Source: a bacterium
GTDB taxonomy: Bacteria; RBG-13-61-14; DATKZS01
Length of the DNA: 64,000 bases
Direction: 5' to 3'
NCBI GenBank assembly: GCA_963674965.2
Contig: CAXXFL010000005.1
Location: 384,001 to 448,000, forward strand
Of this stretch, positions 29,664 through 39,988 are shown one piece after another. The notes beneath the pieces are model-generated. The model was not told the origin of the DNA, ran no database searches, and saw only the letters and a program-made list of their open reading frames with translations. A program made the position numbers and the translations under genes. Each line of letters begins with the position of its first letter. Positions within the stretch are counted from its first letter, which is position 1.

Positions 29664-29993
29664 CTAGGGCACTTTACGATTGTAATGTCGTATAACCGCG
29701 CGAAAAAAATAGCCCTTAGCATCGCTGGCCGTAATGGAAGATAATGCCTCGCTTATTACCGCGATTAATCGAGGATGCGTTCGCGCCTTGGCGGAGCGTA
29801 AATGATTCTTCACCTTGCTCCACGTCTTTTCGATCGGATTGAAATCGGGAATGTACGGAGGCAGGAACACCAAGCGGGCGCCGAGGGCCTCGATAATCTC
29901 CCGACTTTGGGCGTCCTTATGCACCGAGAAATTATCGGCGACCACCACGTCGCCCGGCCGCAAGGTCGGGCCAGGGACGTGCTTGACAAATGT
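29664..29993 (-). pseudogene. IS630-family transposase remnant (C-terminal part)
   Basis: DNFSVHK and FLPPYIPDFNPIEKTWSKVK motifs; N-terminal HTH part missing. Confidence 0.85.
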
Positions 29994-30088
29994 CTTTTGA
30001 TGAAATAAGAGTAGACCAAGAATCCATTGACGGGGGCGTCAATAATTTCCATTCACATTCACCATATCTCTAATGGAGGAACGTTAAA

Positions 30089-31141
<1,053 letters not shown>

Positions 31142-31160
31142 TCATATATCGACTTTTCCC

Positions 31161-31201
31161 GAAGCCGAGATCGGATAAACCGGTCTCGGCTTTGGCTTTT
31201 T
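31161..31201 (+). terminator. Intrinsic terminator after fbaB
   Basis: AAGCCGAGATCGG-ATAAA-CCGGTCTCGGCTT followed by a T-rich tail. Confidence 0.75.
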
Positions 31202-31238
31202 GACTTCTTCAATGGGCGCGTCAATGTATACAATATCC

Positions 31239-31268
31239 TTGACAAATATTTGTCCGCATGTCTATAAT
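31239..31268 (+). promoter_or_regulatory. Consensus sigma-70 promoter upstream of the giant surface-protein gene
   Basis: TTGACA-N18-TATAAT. Confidence 0.6.
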
Positions 31269-31624
31269 TCGAGCAGATGAAGATAATAAAGCCGACCCGG
31301 GGAGGAAAATCGATAATTGACGCCGAGCGCGGCTATTTTTCCCAAATTAGCGCTCTCAACAAAATGCATTCTCACCACGAGGGGACCTTGTCGCTAAAAC
31401 CATAACCAACGCCGGCGGGAGGCGGAAATTTCGGATATGAACCGAGCCAGCGGCAAAAAACGCCATGGAGGCGCTTGACCGAAAGAAAGATCGTAAATCG
31501 GGCAGGAAAATAACATAATATAAGGCGGGCGAAAGGCAGGGCCAAAAGACCCCGGGAACTCGCAACCGCCGCTCATCAAAAGACTTAGCGCCGGATTTGA
31601 AATGGAAATCAAGGAGTATTAACC

Positions 31625-34600
31625 ATGCAGAGCAAAGTCACTTTAACAACTATACTGGCCGCGGCCATCACATCCCTTTTCATTCTCGCCGCGCCATGCC
31701 CCGCGCCGGCTCAGTTGAATCCATCGCTGGTGGGAACGTACAACACGCCGGGGGTGGCATATGACGTGCATGTTTCCGGTGATTACGCCTACGTCGCGGA
31801 TAGCGGCCAAGGTCTCCGGATCATCGACGTCTCCGTACCGCAAACCCCGACTCTTGTTGGTTTCTACGGCACGAGCGACGTATCCTACGGGATTTTCGTC
31901 TCCGGTAGTTACGCCTACGTTGCCGACGGTTACGACGGGCTTCGCGTGCTTGACGTCTCCAATCCGACGAGTCCGACGCTCGTGGGCACATACGAAACCA
32001 ACCGCGCCATCCACGTCCACGTCTCGGGCGCGTATGCTTACGTGGCCGATTATTCCAGCGGTCTAAAGATCATCGATATATCCAATCCGGCGAGTCCGAC
32101 CCTGACGGGTTCATACGATACCTATAGAGCGCGCGACGTTTACTCGTCCGGGAATTACGCCTACGTGGCGGACGATACCGCCGGTCTCCTGGTTTTCGAC
32201 GTCTCGAACCCCGCCAGTCCTTCTCAGATCGGGACATACAACACGGCGGGAAGCGCTTTCGGGGTTAAAGTCTCCGGTAATTACGCCTATGTGGCCGATT
32301 CCGGAGCCGGACTTCAAATTATTGACGTCTCAAACCCGGCAAGCCCGACGTTAACCGGAAACTATAATACTCCCGACGAGTCCAAGGGAGTTTTCGTCTC
32401 ATTTGGCTTGGCATACGTGGCCGATGACGGCGCCGGCCTTCAGATCATCGACGTCTCGAACCCCGCGGCCCCTTTCTTGACGGGATCATACGACACGACG
32501 GGATACGCCATTGACGTTTTCGTCTCCGCTAATATGGTCTACGTCGCGGATGACTCAGCCGGTCTGCAAGTCATCGACGCCGACCTTCCCGACGGCGACG
32601 GCGACGGCATGCACGACGCGTGGGAGAACGCGTATTCCTGCGTTATGGCCAACACGGTTGACGATACCGCCGACCCGGACGGCGACCTTTTGTCCAACGT
32701 TTCGGAATTGGCGTACGACACGGACCCGTGCGATCCGGACACGGACGATGGAGGCCAGATTGACGGCAGCGAGGTTATCGCGGGCAGGGACCCGTTGTCT
32801 CCCCTTGACGATTTTCCCGACACGGACGGCGACGGTTTGCCTGACGATTGGGAGAACACGTTCGATTGCATGATGGCGAACACGGTCGACGACGGCATGG
32901 ACCACGACTCGGACACCCTGATCAATTCGGTCGAATACGGTCTTTCCACCGACCCGTGCTCGGAAGGCGCCGACGGCGACGGCATGGACGACGGCTGGGA
33001 GGCCCTTCACCCCTGCCTCGACCCGCTCTCGGCGGACTCCCTGGAAGACCCCGACTACGATTGGCTCACGAATTACCAGGAGTACGTGAGAGGGACCGAT
33101 CCCTGTGTATTTAACGACGCGGACGGCGATTCGATGCCCGACGGATGGGAGGAGACCTACGCTTGCATGCAGCCGAGCACGGTGGACGACAACCTTGACT
33201 ATGACGTCGACTACCGGATCAATATCGACGAATATGCCGCGTCCGCCGACCCCTGCGTCTCTGAGGACACGGACGGCGACGGCATGCCCGACGGGTGGGA
33301 GTTGCTGTACGCCTGCCTCGACGCGGACTCGGCCGACGCGACGCTCGATCCCGACGCGGATACCTTGAACAACCTCCAGGAGTATCAGGCCCTGACCGAC
33401 CCCTGCGTTCAAAACGACACGGACGGCGACGGAATGCCCGACGTCTGGGAAGCGGCATACGCCTGCATGCAGCCGAACACGGTTGACGACGGACTCGACT
33501 ACGACGGCGATTACTTTACGAACGCCGTGGAATACGCCGCCTCCACCAATCCTTGTATTTCCGAGGACACGGACGGCGACGGCATGCCCGACGGGTGGGA
33601 GTTGCTGTACGCCTGCCTCGACGCGGACTCGGCCGACGCGGCGCTCGATCCCGACGCCGACACCTTGACCAACCTCCAGGAGTATCAGGCTCAGACCGAC
33701 CCCTGCGTGGTCAACGACGCCGACGGCGACGGAATGCCCGACCACTGGGAGACGGCCTATCCGTGCATGGAGCCGAACACGGTTGACGACGGACTCGACT
33801 ACGACGGCGACGCGTTCACCAACCTGACGGAATACCAGAACTCGACCGACCCCTGCGCCGACCAGGACACGGACGGCGACGGCATGTTCGACGCCTGGGA
33901 AAACCTCCACGCCTGCGTCGACGCCCTGACCGGCGACTCCCTCCTCGACCCCGACTCGGACGGTATTCCGAACCTCGCCGAGTACCTGGCGGGGGCCGAC
34001 CCCTGCGCCGCGCCGCCGCCTATCTTCTTCGGGCCCGTGGATTCATTCACCGGAACCAGTTGTGGCGGCTATACAAGGCATCTGGCCTCGGGGGATTTCG
34101 ACGAGGACGGAGACATCGATATTGCGGGGTCATACGGCGGGGATTGCTATACTATCCTAACGAATCGCGGCCAGGGCAAAACGTTCACGGCGCAAAACTA
34201 TTCCACGGACGAGGAATTGGCCTACGTCATCGCCACCCAACTCCCCGGGGATTCAACCGTGGACCTCTTGTTCGTGTCCAACTATCAAGAGATAGGCATA
34301 TTTACGGGCGCGGGCAACGCCACCTTCTCACGTACCGGCGCCGTGCCGTTCGATCCCGTAATACGTATGCCGGCCTTGGGCGATTTCAACAACGATGGTA
34401 TCGACGACCTGGCGATAATCGGTTCCTGGATGACCGATTGTAATGAGTTACGAGTATACTTCGGCGACGCGTCGGGCGCGTTCGGCGATTTCGTCTCCAC
34501 CGACCTTCCTTACGAAATTGACGCCTACGACGTTGGGAACGTCGATTCCGACTCGACCTTGGATATCGTTTTCATGTCCGATGGCGTCCATACATTGCTC

Positions 34601-37600
34601 GGAGACGGCGCGGGCGGGTTCGGGCTGTCTCCGTATTCGTTAAGCGTCTCCGGTTCCGATATGGCTCTAGGCATGATCGACGGTGATTCGATACTCGATC
34701 TGGCGGTCCAAAGCAATGGAAACATAAGCATTTACTCGGGCGTGGGAGATGGATCGTTCATCTCTATTTCCACTATTCTCTCATTCTCAAATAATGAATT
34801 AATTGTTACGGACTATAACGAGGACGGTCGCGATGACTTTTTCTCGGTCACGGGTTCTTCGATACGGGCCGTTTTAAGCGAGGGTGACACCGGATATACT
34901 GATGTTCAATATATTTTCTATAAGTATATCTTAGAAGGCCCTGATATGCACATCGCCGACCTTGACGGCCGCTACCCGCTCGACGTTGTCGTGATCGACG
35001 AGACGCACGATATATATTTCATTTTCGGCGTGGACCTGACTCAGGACACGGACGGCGACGGCATGCCCGACGGATGGGAGGACTTGTATTTCTGCGTGGA
35101 CTCGTCCGTTCCGGACGCGGCCGCCGACCCGAACGGCGACGGCGCCTCGAACCTGGTCGAGTATCATAACGCGACGGACCCTTGCTTTGACGCCGACGCC
35201 GACGGCGACGGCATGCCCAACATGTGGGAGGCGCTCTACGCGTGCATGCAAAGCGCTACCGTTGACAAAGACGCGGATTTCGACGGCGACTATCGGACCA
35301 ATTACTACGAATACACGCGCTCCACGAATCCTTGCGTGGCCGAGGACGCCGATGGCGACGGCATGCCCGACGGCTGGGAGGACCTTAATAATTGCACCGA
35401 TACCGCAATTGGAGACAGCCTGGAAGACCCCGACTGCGACCTTATGACCAACGCGCAGGAGTTGGCGGCCCAGACGGACCCCTGCGACGCCGGAACGACG
35501 GTCGATCCCTGTTCCGTCTTGGATTCGGACGGGGATGGCATGACGGACGGCTGGGAAGAACAACAGGCCGAGTGCGGCCTTGATCCGCTGGTGGGGGACT
35601 CCCTCGGAGACCCCGATTCCGACGGCCTGACCAACATGGCCGAGTTCCTTCATAACGCCGACGCCTGTCGAATGGACGGCGACGGCGACGGGCTGATCGA
35701 TTTGCTCGAGGTATCGGCTTACCTTACCGATCCGGCCAATCCCGACAGCGACGGCGACGGCTTGTCCGACGCGTTTGAAGTGGGCATCGTGGCCGGCGCG
35801 GGCCCGAACCAGGCCCTGGACTCGACGCCCGGCGGAGACGACGTGGTCCACGACCACGCCATATGGCTCGGGCCCGACGGCGTTCCCGGCACGACAATTA
35901 GCGGCGACGACCTCGAGGTATCCATGGCGGACAGGCGCCGTTTCCTTACCTCCCCCACCGTGGTGGATTCCGATACCGATGGGGTCGGAGATTATAAAGA
36001 GGCCGCGTTTGGATCGAACCCGCTTGATCCGGGCATAACGCCCGTATGGATGATATTGTCCGACGAGGTGAGGATCACTTACGACGCCCAAAATTACGGC
36101 GGCTTTGATTACGATGGCCATACCGATCCTCATCTTGTCTGGACGGGCTCGGAGTTCGGGCTGGTTCACACCGGTGAAATCTTCAAGCGCGTAAGTCCCG
36201 ACGGGCGCGTCGTCAAAGCTAACATGACAATACCCGACCTTGACGGATGGGCCAATGCGCTGGTTTGGACCGGCTCGGAATACGGCCTTATCGCGGGCAA
36301 CGGTTTTAAAATTTTCAACGGGTGGGGCTCCGTCGTCGACTCTTTTACCGTTACCGACGCCGAACACGTTGCCTGGGCGGACGACAGGTTCGGGTTCGGG
36401 GGCTATGACGCGGCCGTAACCTCGATGGACGGCACTCCGCTTTCTTCGGCCAAGCGAGCGGGATGTATAACCCATGACTTCGGATACGGTCACGGCTTCA
36501 ATATGTCCTGGACGGGCAGCGAGTTCGGAGTGTTTTACGAATGCAGAGATGAGACATATTTCACGAGATTGTCCGCCACCGGGGAATTCCTTTCCTGCCA
36601 TGAACTGGGACCCCACGTGGCGTCGGGAGCGTCCGTGAATACATTGTCGTCGGCGTGGACGGGGTCCGAATACGGCGTCGTCTGGAAGGACGAGGACTAT
36701 GGTCCGGTATATTTCACTAGATTCGCCGGGCAGGGCGGCAAGATAGGCGACGCCGTCCGGATTTCGGGTGACGGCTATTACTCCGGCATAACCTGGAACG
36801 GTACGGAGTATGGCATAATAAGCTACCACCGCCGCGGAGATATTTTCTTTGACGCCGTGTCCGGCGCCGGAGACACCCTGTTCGCGGAAACAAGTATCGA
36901 CGGGCGCGTTATCGAGACGTCATCTCCAATATGGACTGGTTCAGAATACGTAATCGCGTGGATCAATTATACGGACCACGAAGTATACTTATCGCGTTTT
37001 ACAAGGGACTCCGACGGCGACGGGATAAAGGACTCCTGGGAGATCGGGGCGTGTACGGACAGTGACGATTTCGACTCGGACGGGGACGGGACGCCGGACG
37101 GCGCGGACGACGCGGACGGCGACGGGGTACCGGACGCGTACGACCCGGACAACTGCGCGGCCGACGCGGACGGCGACGGGATGAGTGACGGCTGGGAATA
37201 CGCGAACGGCCTGGACCTTTCGAGAGACGACGCTCGGTCCGACGCTGACGGTGACGGCCTGTCCAACATGGGCGAGATGGGGGCGGGGAGCGATCCGAAC
37301 GCGGCTGATTCGGACGGCGACGGGATGGACGACGGCTACGAGGTCGAGCACGGCCTCGACCCGCTGGCGGGCGACACTGCCTCCGACCCGGACGGCGACG
37401 GCCTGTCCAACCTGGGCGAGTACAACCTCGGTACCTCCGCGTCCGACCCGGACACCGACAACGACGGCCTGGACGACGGCGTCGAGGCCGCCCTGGGTAC
37501 TGACCCGCTCTACCTCGACTCCGACGGCGACGGCATAGCCGACGGACCCGAGGTGAACCTGTTCCTCACAAGCCCCCTCGCGGGCGACACCGACACCGAC

Positions 37601-39877
37601 GGCGACGGCCTGCCCGACCTCGTCGAAACCGGCTCCGGCTCCTTCACGAGCTGGACCGACGTCGGCACCGACCCCGCCGACCCGGACACCGACGACGACA
37701 CCGTAAACGACTGGTCCGAATTACGCTCCGGATCGAACCCGTTCGACGCGGCGATAACGCCAAATGGAGGAGACATTTCCGAGCCGAAACTTCTGATTGG
37801 TGAAGACACGGAAATACCGTATATGGGCTGTGAGATTTATGGAAACAATAGCCCATCCGAACTTGTCTGGACCGGATCGGAGTACGGCTTGTTTTTTGAA
37901 ATACTGGATAACGCCTTCTTTACTCGAATAACTTTGGGAGGAGATACGATCGGGGTCAGATCGATGAGTGACGATAATGGCGACTTCGTAGACATGGCGT
38001 GGAACGGTTATAATTACGGAGTGGCCAGCATAGGCGATCAATTCATTTCAGCTCTTAAACTCGCCTCCGACGGGTCCACCGTGACCGGACCATATATATT
38101 TAGTCGCGATGAATCACCCTCGCTTGCGGAAATCAGGTGGGATGGAAACAGGTTCGGCATTTTTGATTCCGGATGGGGTAACAACTTCTTTACCAGGCAC
38201 TCTTTGTCCGTTATTGAACCGGGCGACGGTGAACCTATACTGTTTGGAAGCAACGGACACTTCATCGACGCGGTTTGGACCGGCAGCGAGTACGGCATTG
38301 TTGTCTGGCATTCTGATTCTGTAGGCAATGTCTTCAATCGCCTAGACGCGAATGGAACGGTTTTAGACGCCGACACTCCTTGCGATGGTTGCGATAAAAT
38401 TGTCTGGACCGGCAGCGAGTACGGCATTGCGGCGATATGCCAAGACGGACAATTATGTCTGAAGCGCGTTTCCGCTGACGGACAAAAAATAATTCAAAGC
38501 GGCCAACTTTCCAATCATGGGTCTTCCGATCTATATGTAGAAGATATTATATGGACTGGCTCCGAATTCGGCATCGTCTACTTCGAAGACGATTGGGGGG
38601 ATTTTGCTATTTATTTCTCCAGGGTTTCCGCCGCCGGCGATAGAGTGATCAAGAACATACAGACAATATCCGACTTCTCCGTGTTCACTGAAAACTTTAA
38701 ATTATCAGAGCTTGCCTGGACCGGAAATGAATACGGTTTTGTATTTTATGACGAACAATCCTGTTATATAGGACCATACTTCGCCAGCTTCTCCGCCGAC
38801 GAAGACATGGACGGAGACGGCTTGACGGTCGCGGAGGAGACTGCCGCGGGTTGCCTGCCCGACGACTGGGACACGGACGACGACGGTATTTCCGACGGCG
38901 CCGAGGTGGGGGGCACGCACGGCACGGACCCGACCCTGGCGGACACCGACGGCGACGGTCTGTCGGACGGACAGGAGATCAATACCTACTCGACCGATCC
39001 AACGGACCCGGACACCGACGACGACGGCGCGAACGACGGGATAGAGGTCGGACTTGGCCTTAACCCCTTGAACTGGGACACCGACGGCGACGCGCTGCCC
39101 GACGGGTTCGAGGTGGACAACTCGGTGGGGCACGGGGCCTCGGGGCTGGACCCGCTGTCGGCGGGCGACGGGTTGGGGGCGGACTTTGACGACGACGGTA
39201 TCGAGAACTCCCACGAGTACTGGAACGGGACGGACATATGGGTGGTGGACGTAACGGGCGGCGCGTCCTGCTTCAGTTGGGGCGACGCGGGAGACCTCGC
39301 CGCGGCCGACGGATTGGTCTCGCCCCTGGACATGACCATCTTGAAAAACAGGATCCTCGGCAATAGCGCGTCCTACTCGGGCGTGCTCCCGCCCAACGGA
39401 GACAGCCAAAAATTGATGGGCGACCCGGCGGGAGTCTCGCCCCTGGACCTCAGCTTGATCCAGGCCATGATCAGCGGGAACGACACGGCCTCGAACCCCA
39501 CCATCCCCACGGACCTGGTGGTGGACGGCGACGCCTCGCGGAGCGTGGCGGAGGGCGCGACCACGCGGGTGACCGTGAGCGTTGTCAACTCTTCGGCCAT
39601 CGGCTACTCCTCCTCCTTCGGCGTGGTCTTCGAGATCGACCCGAGCTCGACCGGCTCGGCCACCCTCCTCGGCGGCGAGGGCCCGAGCGGGACCGGCCGC
39701 TACGACGTCTCCGGCGCCATGGCCTCGGGCGGCCTCTCGTCCATCGTCGTGCGGGTGGACGCGCCCGGCACCATCTATATAAACGCGACTCTCCCGCCCT
39801 GCGGCGACCAGTCGGGCAAGGGCCGCTACTGCCCGGAGATCGAGAAAGCGCCGGCGGTGACCATAGTGGGATATTAA
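31625..39877 (+). CDS. Giant secreted repeat protein (LVIVD propeller, Cys-containing TSP3-like Ca-binding repeats, FG-GAP/VCBS, two WTGSEYG-repeat domains, dockerin-like C-terminus)
   Basis: Signal peptide; YAYVAD..GL.IIDVSNP repeats; DTDGDGMPDGWE repeats; GDFNNDGIDDLA; AAGGAG RBS. Confidence 0.9.
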   Translation: MQSKVTLTTILAAAITSLFILAAPCPAPAQLNPSLVGTYNTPGVAYDVHVSGDYAYVADSGQGLRIIDVSVPQTPTLVGFYGTSDVSYGIFVSGSYAYVADGYDGLRVLDVSNPTSPTLVGTYETNRAIHVHVSGAYAYVADYSSGLKIIDISNPASPTLTGSYDTYRARDVYSSGNYAYVADDTAGLLVFDVSNPASPSQIGTYNTAGSAFGVKVSGNYAYVADSGAGLQIIDVSNPASPTLTGNYNTPDESKGVFVSFGLAYVADDGAGLQIIDVSNPAAPFLTGSYDTTGYAIDVFVSANMVYVADDSAGLQVIDADLPDGDGDGMHDAWENAYSCVMANTVDDTADPDGDLLSNVSELAYDTDPCDPDTDDGGQIDGSEVIAGRDPLSPLDDFPDTDGDGLPDDWENTFDCMMANTVDDGMDHDSDTLINSVEYGLSTDPCSEGADGDGMDDGWEALHPCLDPLSADSLEDPDYDWLTNYQEYVRGTDPCVFNDADGDSMPDGWEETYACMQPSTVDDNLDYDVDYRINIDEYAASADPCVSEDTDGDGMPDGWELLYACLDADSADATLDPDADTLNNLQEYQALTDPCVQNDTDGDGMPDVWEAAYACMQPNTVDDGLDYDGDYFTNAVEYAASTNPCISEDTDGDGMPDGWELLYACLDADSADAALDPDADTLTNLQEYQAQTDPCVVNDADGDGMPDHWETAYPCMEPNTVDDGLDYDGDAFTNLTEYQNSTDPCADQDTDGDGMFDAWENLHACVDALTGDSLLDPDSDGIPNLAEYLAGADPCAAPPPIFFGPVDSFTGTSCGGYTRHLASGDFDEDGDIDIAGSYGGDCYTILTNRGQGKTFTAQNYSTDEELAYVIATQLPGDSTVDLLFVSNYQEIGIFTGAGNATFSRTGAVPFDPVIRMPALGDFNNDGIDDLAIIGSWMTDCNELRVYFGDASGAFGDFVSTDLPYEIDAYDVGNVDSDSTLDIVFMSDGVHTLLGDGAGGFGLSPYSLSVSGSDMALGMIDGDSILDLAVQSNGNISIYSGVGDGSFISISTILSFSNNELIVTDYNEDGRDDFFSVTGSSIRAVLSEGDTGYTDVQYIFYKYILEGPDMHIADLDGRYPLDVVVIDETHDIYFIFGVDLTQDTDGDGMPDGWEDLYFCVDSSVPDAAADPNGDGASNLVEYHNATDPCFDADADGDGMPNMWEALYACMQSATVDKDADFDGDYRTNYYEYTRSTNPCVAEDADGDGMPDGWEDLNNCTDTAIGDSLEDPDCDLMTNAQELAAQTDPCDAGTTVDPCSVLDSDGDGMTDGWEEQQAECGLDPLVGDSLGDPDSDGLTNMAEFLHNADACRMDGDGDGLIDLLEVSAYLTDPANPDSDGDGLSDAFEVGIVAGAGPNQALDSTPGGDDVVHDHAIWLGPDGVPGTTISGDDLEVSMADRRRFLTSPTVVDSDTDGVGDYKEAAFGSNPLDPGITPVWMILSDEVRITYDAQNYGGFDYDGHTDPHLVWTGSEFGLVHTGEIFKRVSPDGRVVKANMTIPDLDGWANALVWTGSEYGLIAGNGFKIFNGWGSVVDSFTVTDAEHVAWADDRFGFGGYDAAVTSMDGTPLSSAKRAGCITHDFGYGHGFNMSWTGSEFGVFYECRDETYFTRLSATGEFLSCHELGPHVASGASVNTLSSAWTGSEYGVVWKDEDYGPVYFTRFAGQGGKIGDAVRISGDGYYSGITWNGTEYGIISYHRRGDIFFDAVSGAGDTLFAETSIDGRVIETSSPIWTGSEYVIAWINYTDHEVYLSRFTRDSDGDGIKDSWEIGACTDSDDFDSDGDGTPDGADDADGDGVPDAYDPDNCAADADGDGMSDGWEYANGLDLSRDDARSDADGDGLSNMGEMGAGSDPNAADSDGDGMDDGYEVEHGLDPLAGDTASDPDGDGLSNLGEYNLGTSASDPDTDNDGLDDGVEAALGTDPLYLDSDGDGIADGPEVNLFLTSPLAGDTDTDGDGLPDLVETGSGSFTSWTDVGTDPADPDTDDDTVNDWSELRSGSNPFDAAITPNGGDISEPKLLIGEDTEIPYMGCEIYGNNSPSELVWTGSEYGLFFEILDNAFFTRITLGGDTIGVRSMSDDNGDFVDMAWNGYNYGVASIGDQFISALKLASDGSTVTGPYIFSRDESPSLAEIRWDGNRFGIFDSGWGNNFFTRHSLSVIEPGDGEPILFGSNGHFIDAVWTGSEYGIVVWHSDSVGNVFNRLDANGTVLDADTPCDGCDKIVWTGSEYGIAAICQDGQLCLKRVSADGQKIIQSGQLSNHGSSDLYVEDIIWTGSEFGIVYFEDDWGDFAIYFSRVSAAGDRVIKNIQTISDFSVFTENFKLSELAWTGNEYGFVFYDEQSCYIGPYFASFSADEDMDGDGLTVAEETAAGCLPDDWDTDDDGISDGAEVGGTHGTDPTLADTDGDGLSDGQEINTYSTDPTDPDTDDDGANDGIEVGLGLNPLNWDTDGDALPDGFEVDNSVGHGASGLDPLSAGDGLGADFDDDGIENSHEYWNGTDIWVVDVTGGASCFSWGDAGDLAAADGLVSPLDMTILKNRILGNSASYSGVLPPNGDSQKLMGDPAGVSPLDLSLIQAMISGNDTASNPTIPTDLVVDGDASRSVAEGATTRVTVSVVNSSAIGYSSSFGVVFEIDPSSTGSATLLGGEGPSGTGRYDVSGAMASGGLSSIVVRVDAPGTIYINATLPPCGDQSGKGRYCPEIEKAPAVTIVGY
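33263..33900 (+). repeat. Intragenic 300-bp tandem repeat (two 50-aa units per period)
   Basis: Near-identical DNA starting at 33263 and 33563, partial third copy at 33863. Confidence 0.85.
39074..39877 (+). repeat. 804-bp C-terminal module, paralogous to 41096-41899
   Basis: Same length; both start WDTDGDALPDGFEV and end GKGRYCPEIEKAPAVTIVGY. Confidence 0.9.
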
Positions 39878-39988
39878 TTAAGGGGAAACAATTTCTTGTT
39901 AATGTAGCTCAATCCCTTTAGCGCCAATAGGGAGAGCGTGACGCTGGCCCCGCGGGAAGTAAGATAATGGAAGTAGGAGGAGAGTGCG

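Noticed and set aside
29983-30011. IS630-derived -35 (TTGACA) driving fbaB
   Set aside because: No adequate -10 at the required spacing
32590-39070. CRISPR-like periodic GACGGCGACGGC repeats
   Set aside because: In-frame coding repeats (DGDG) with 150/300-bp period; no cas genes
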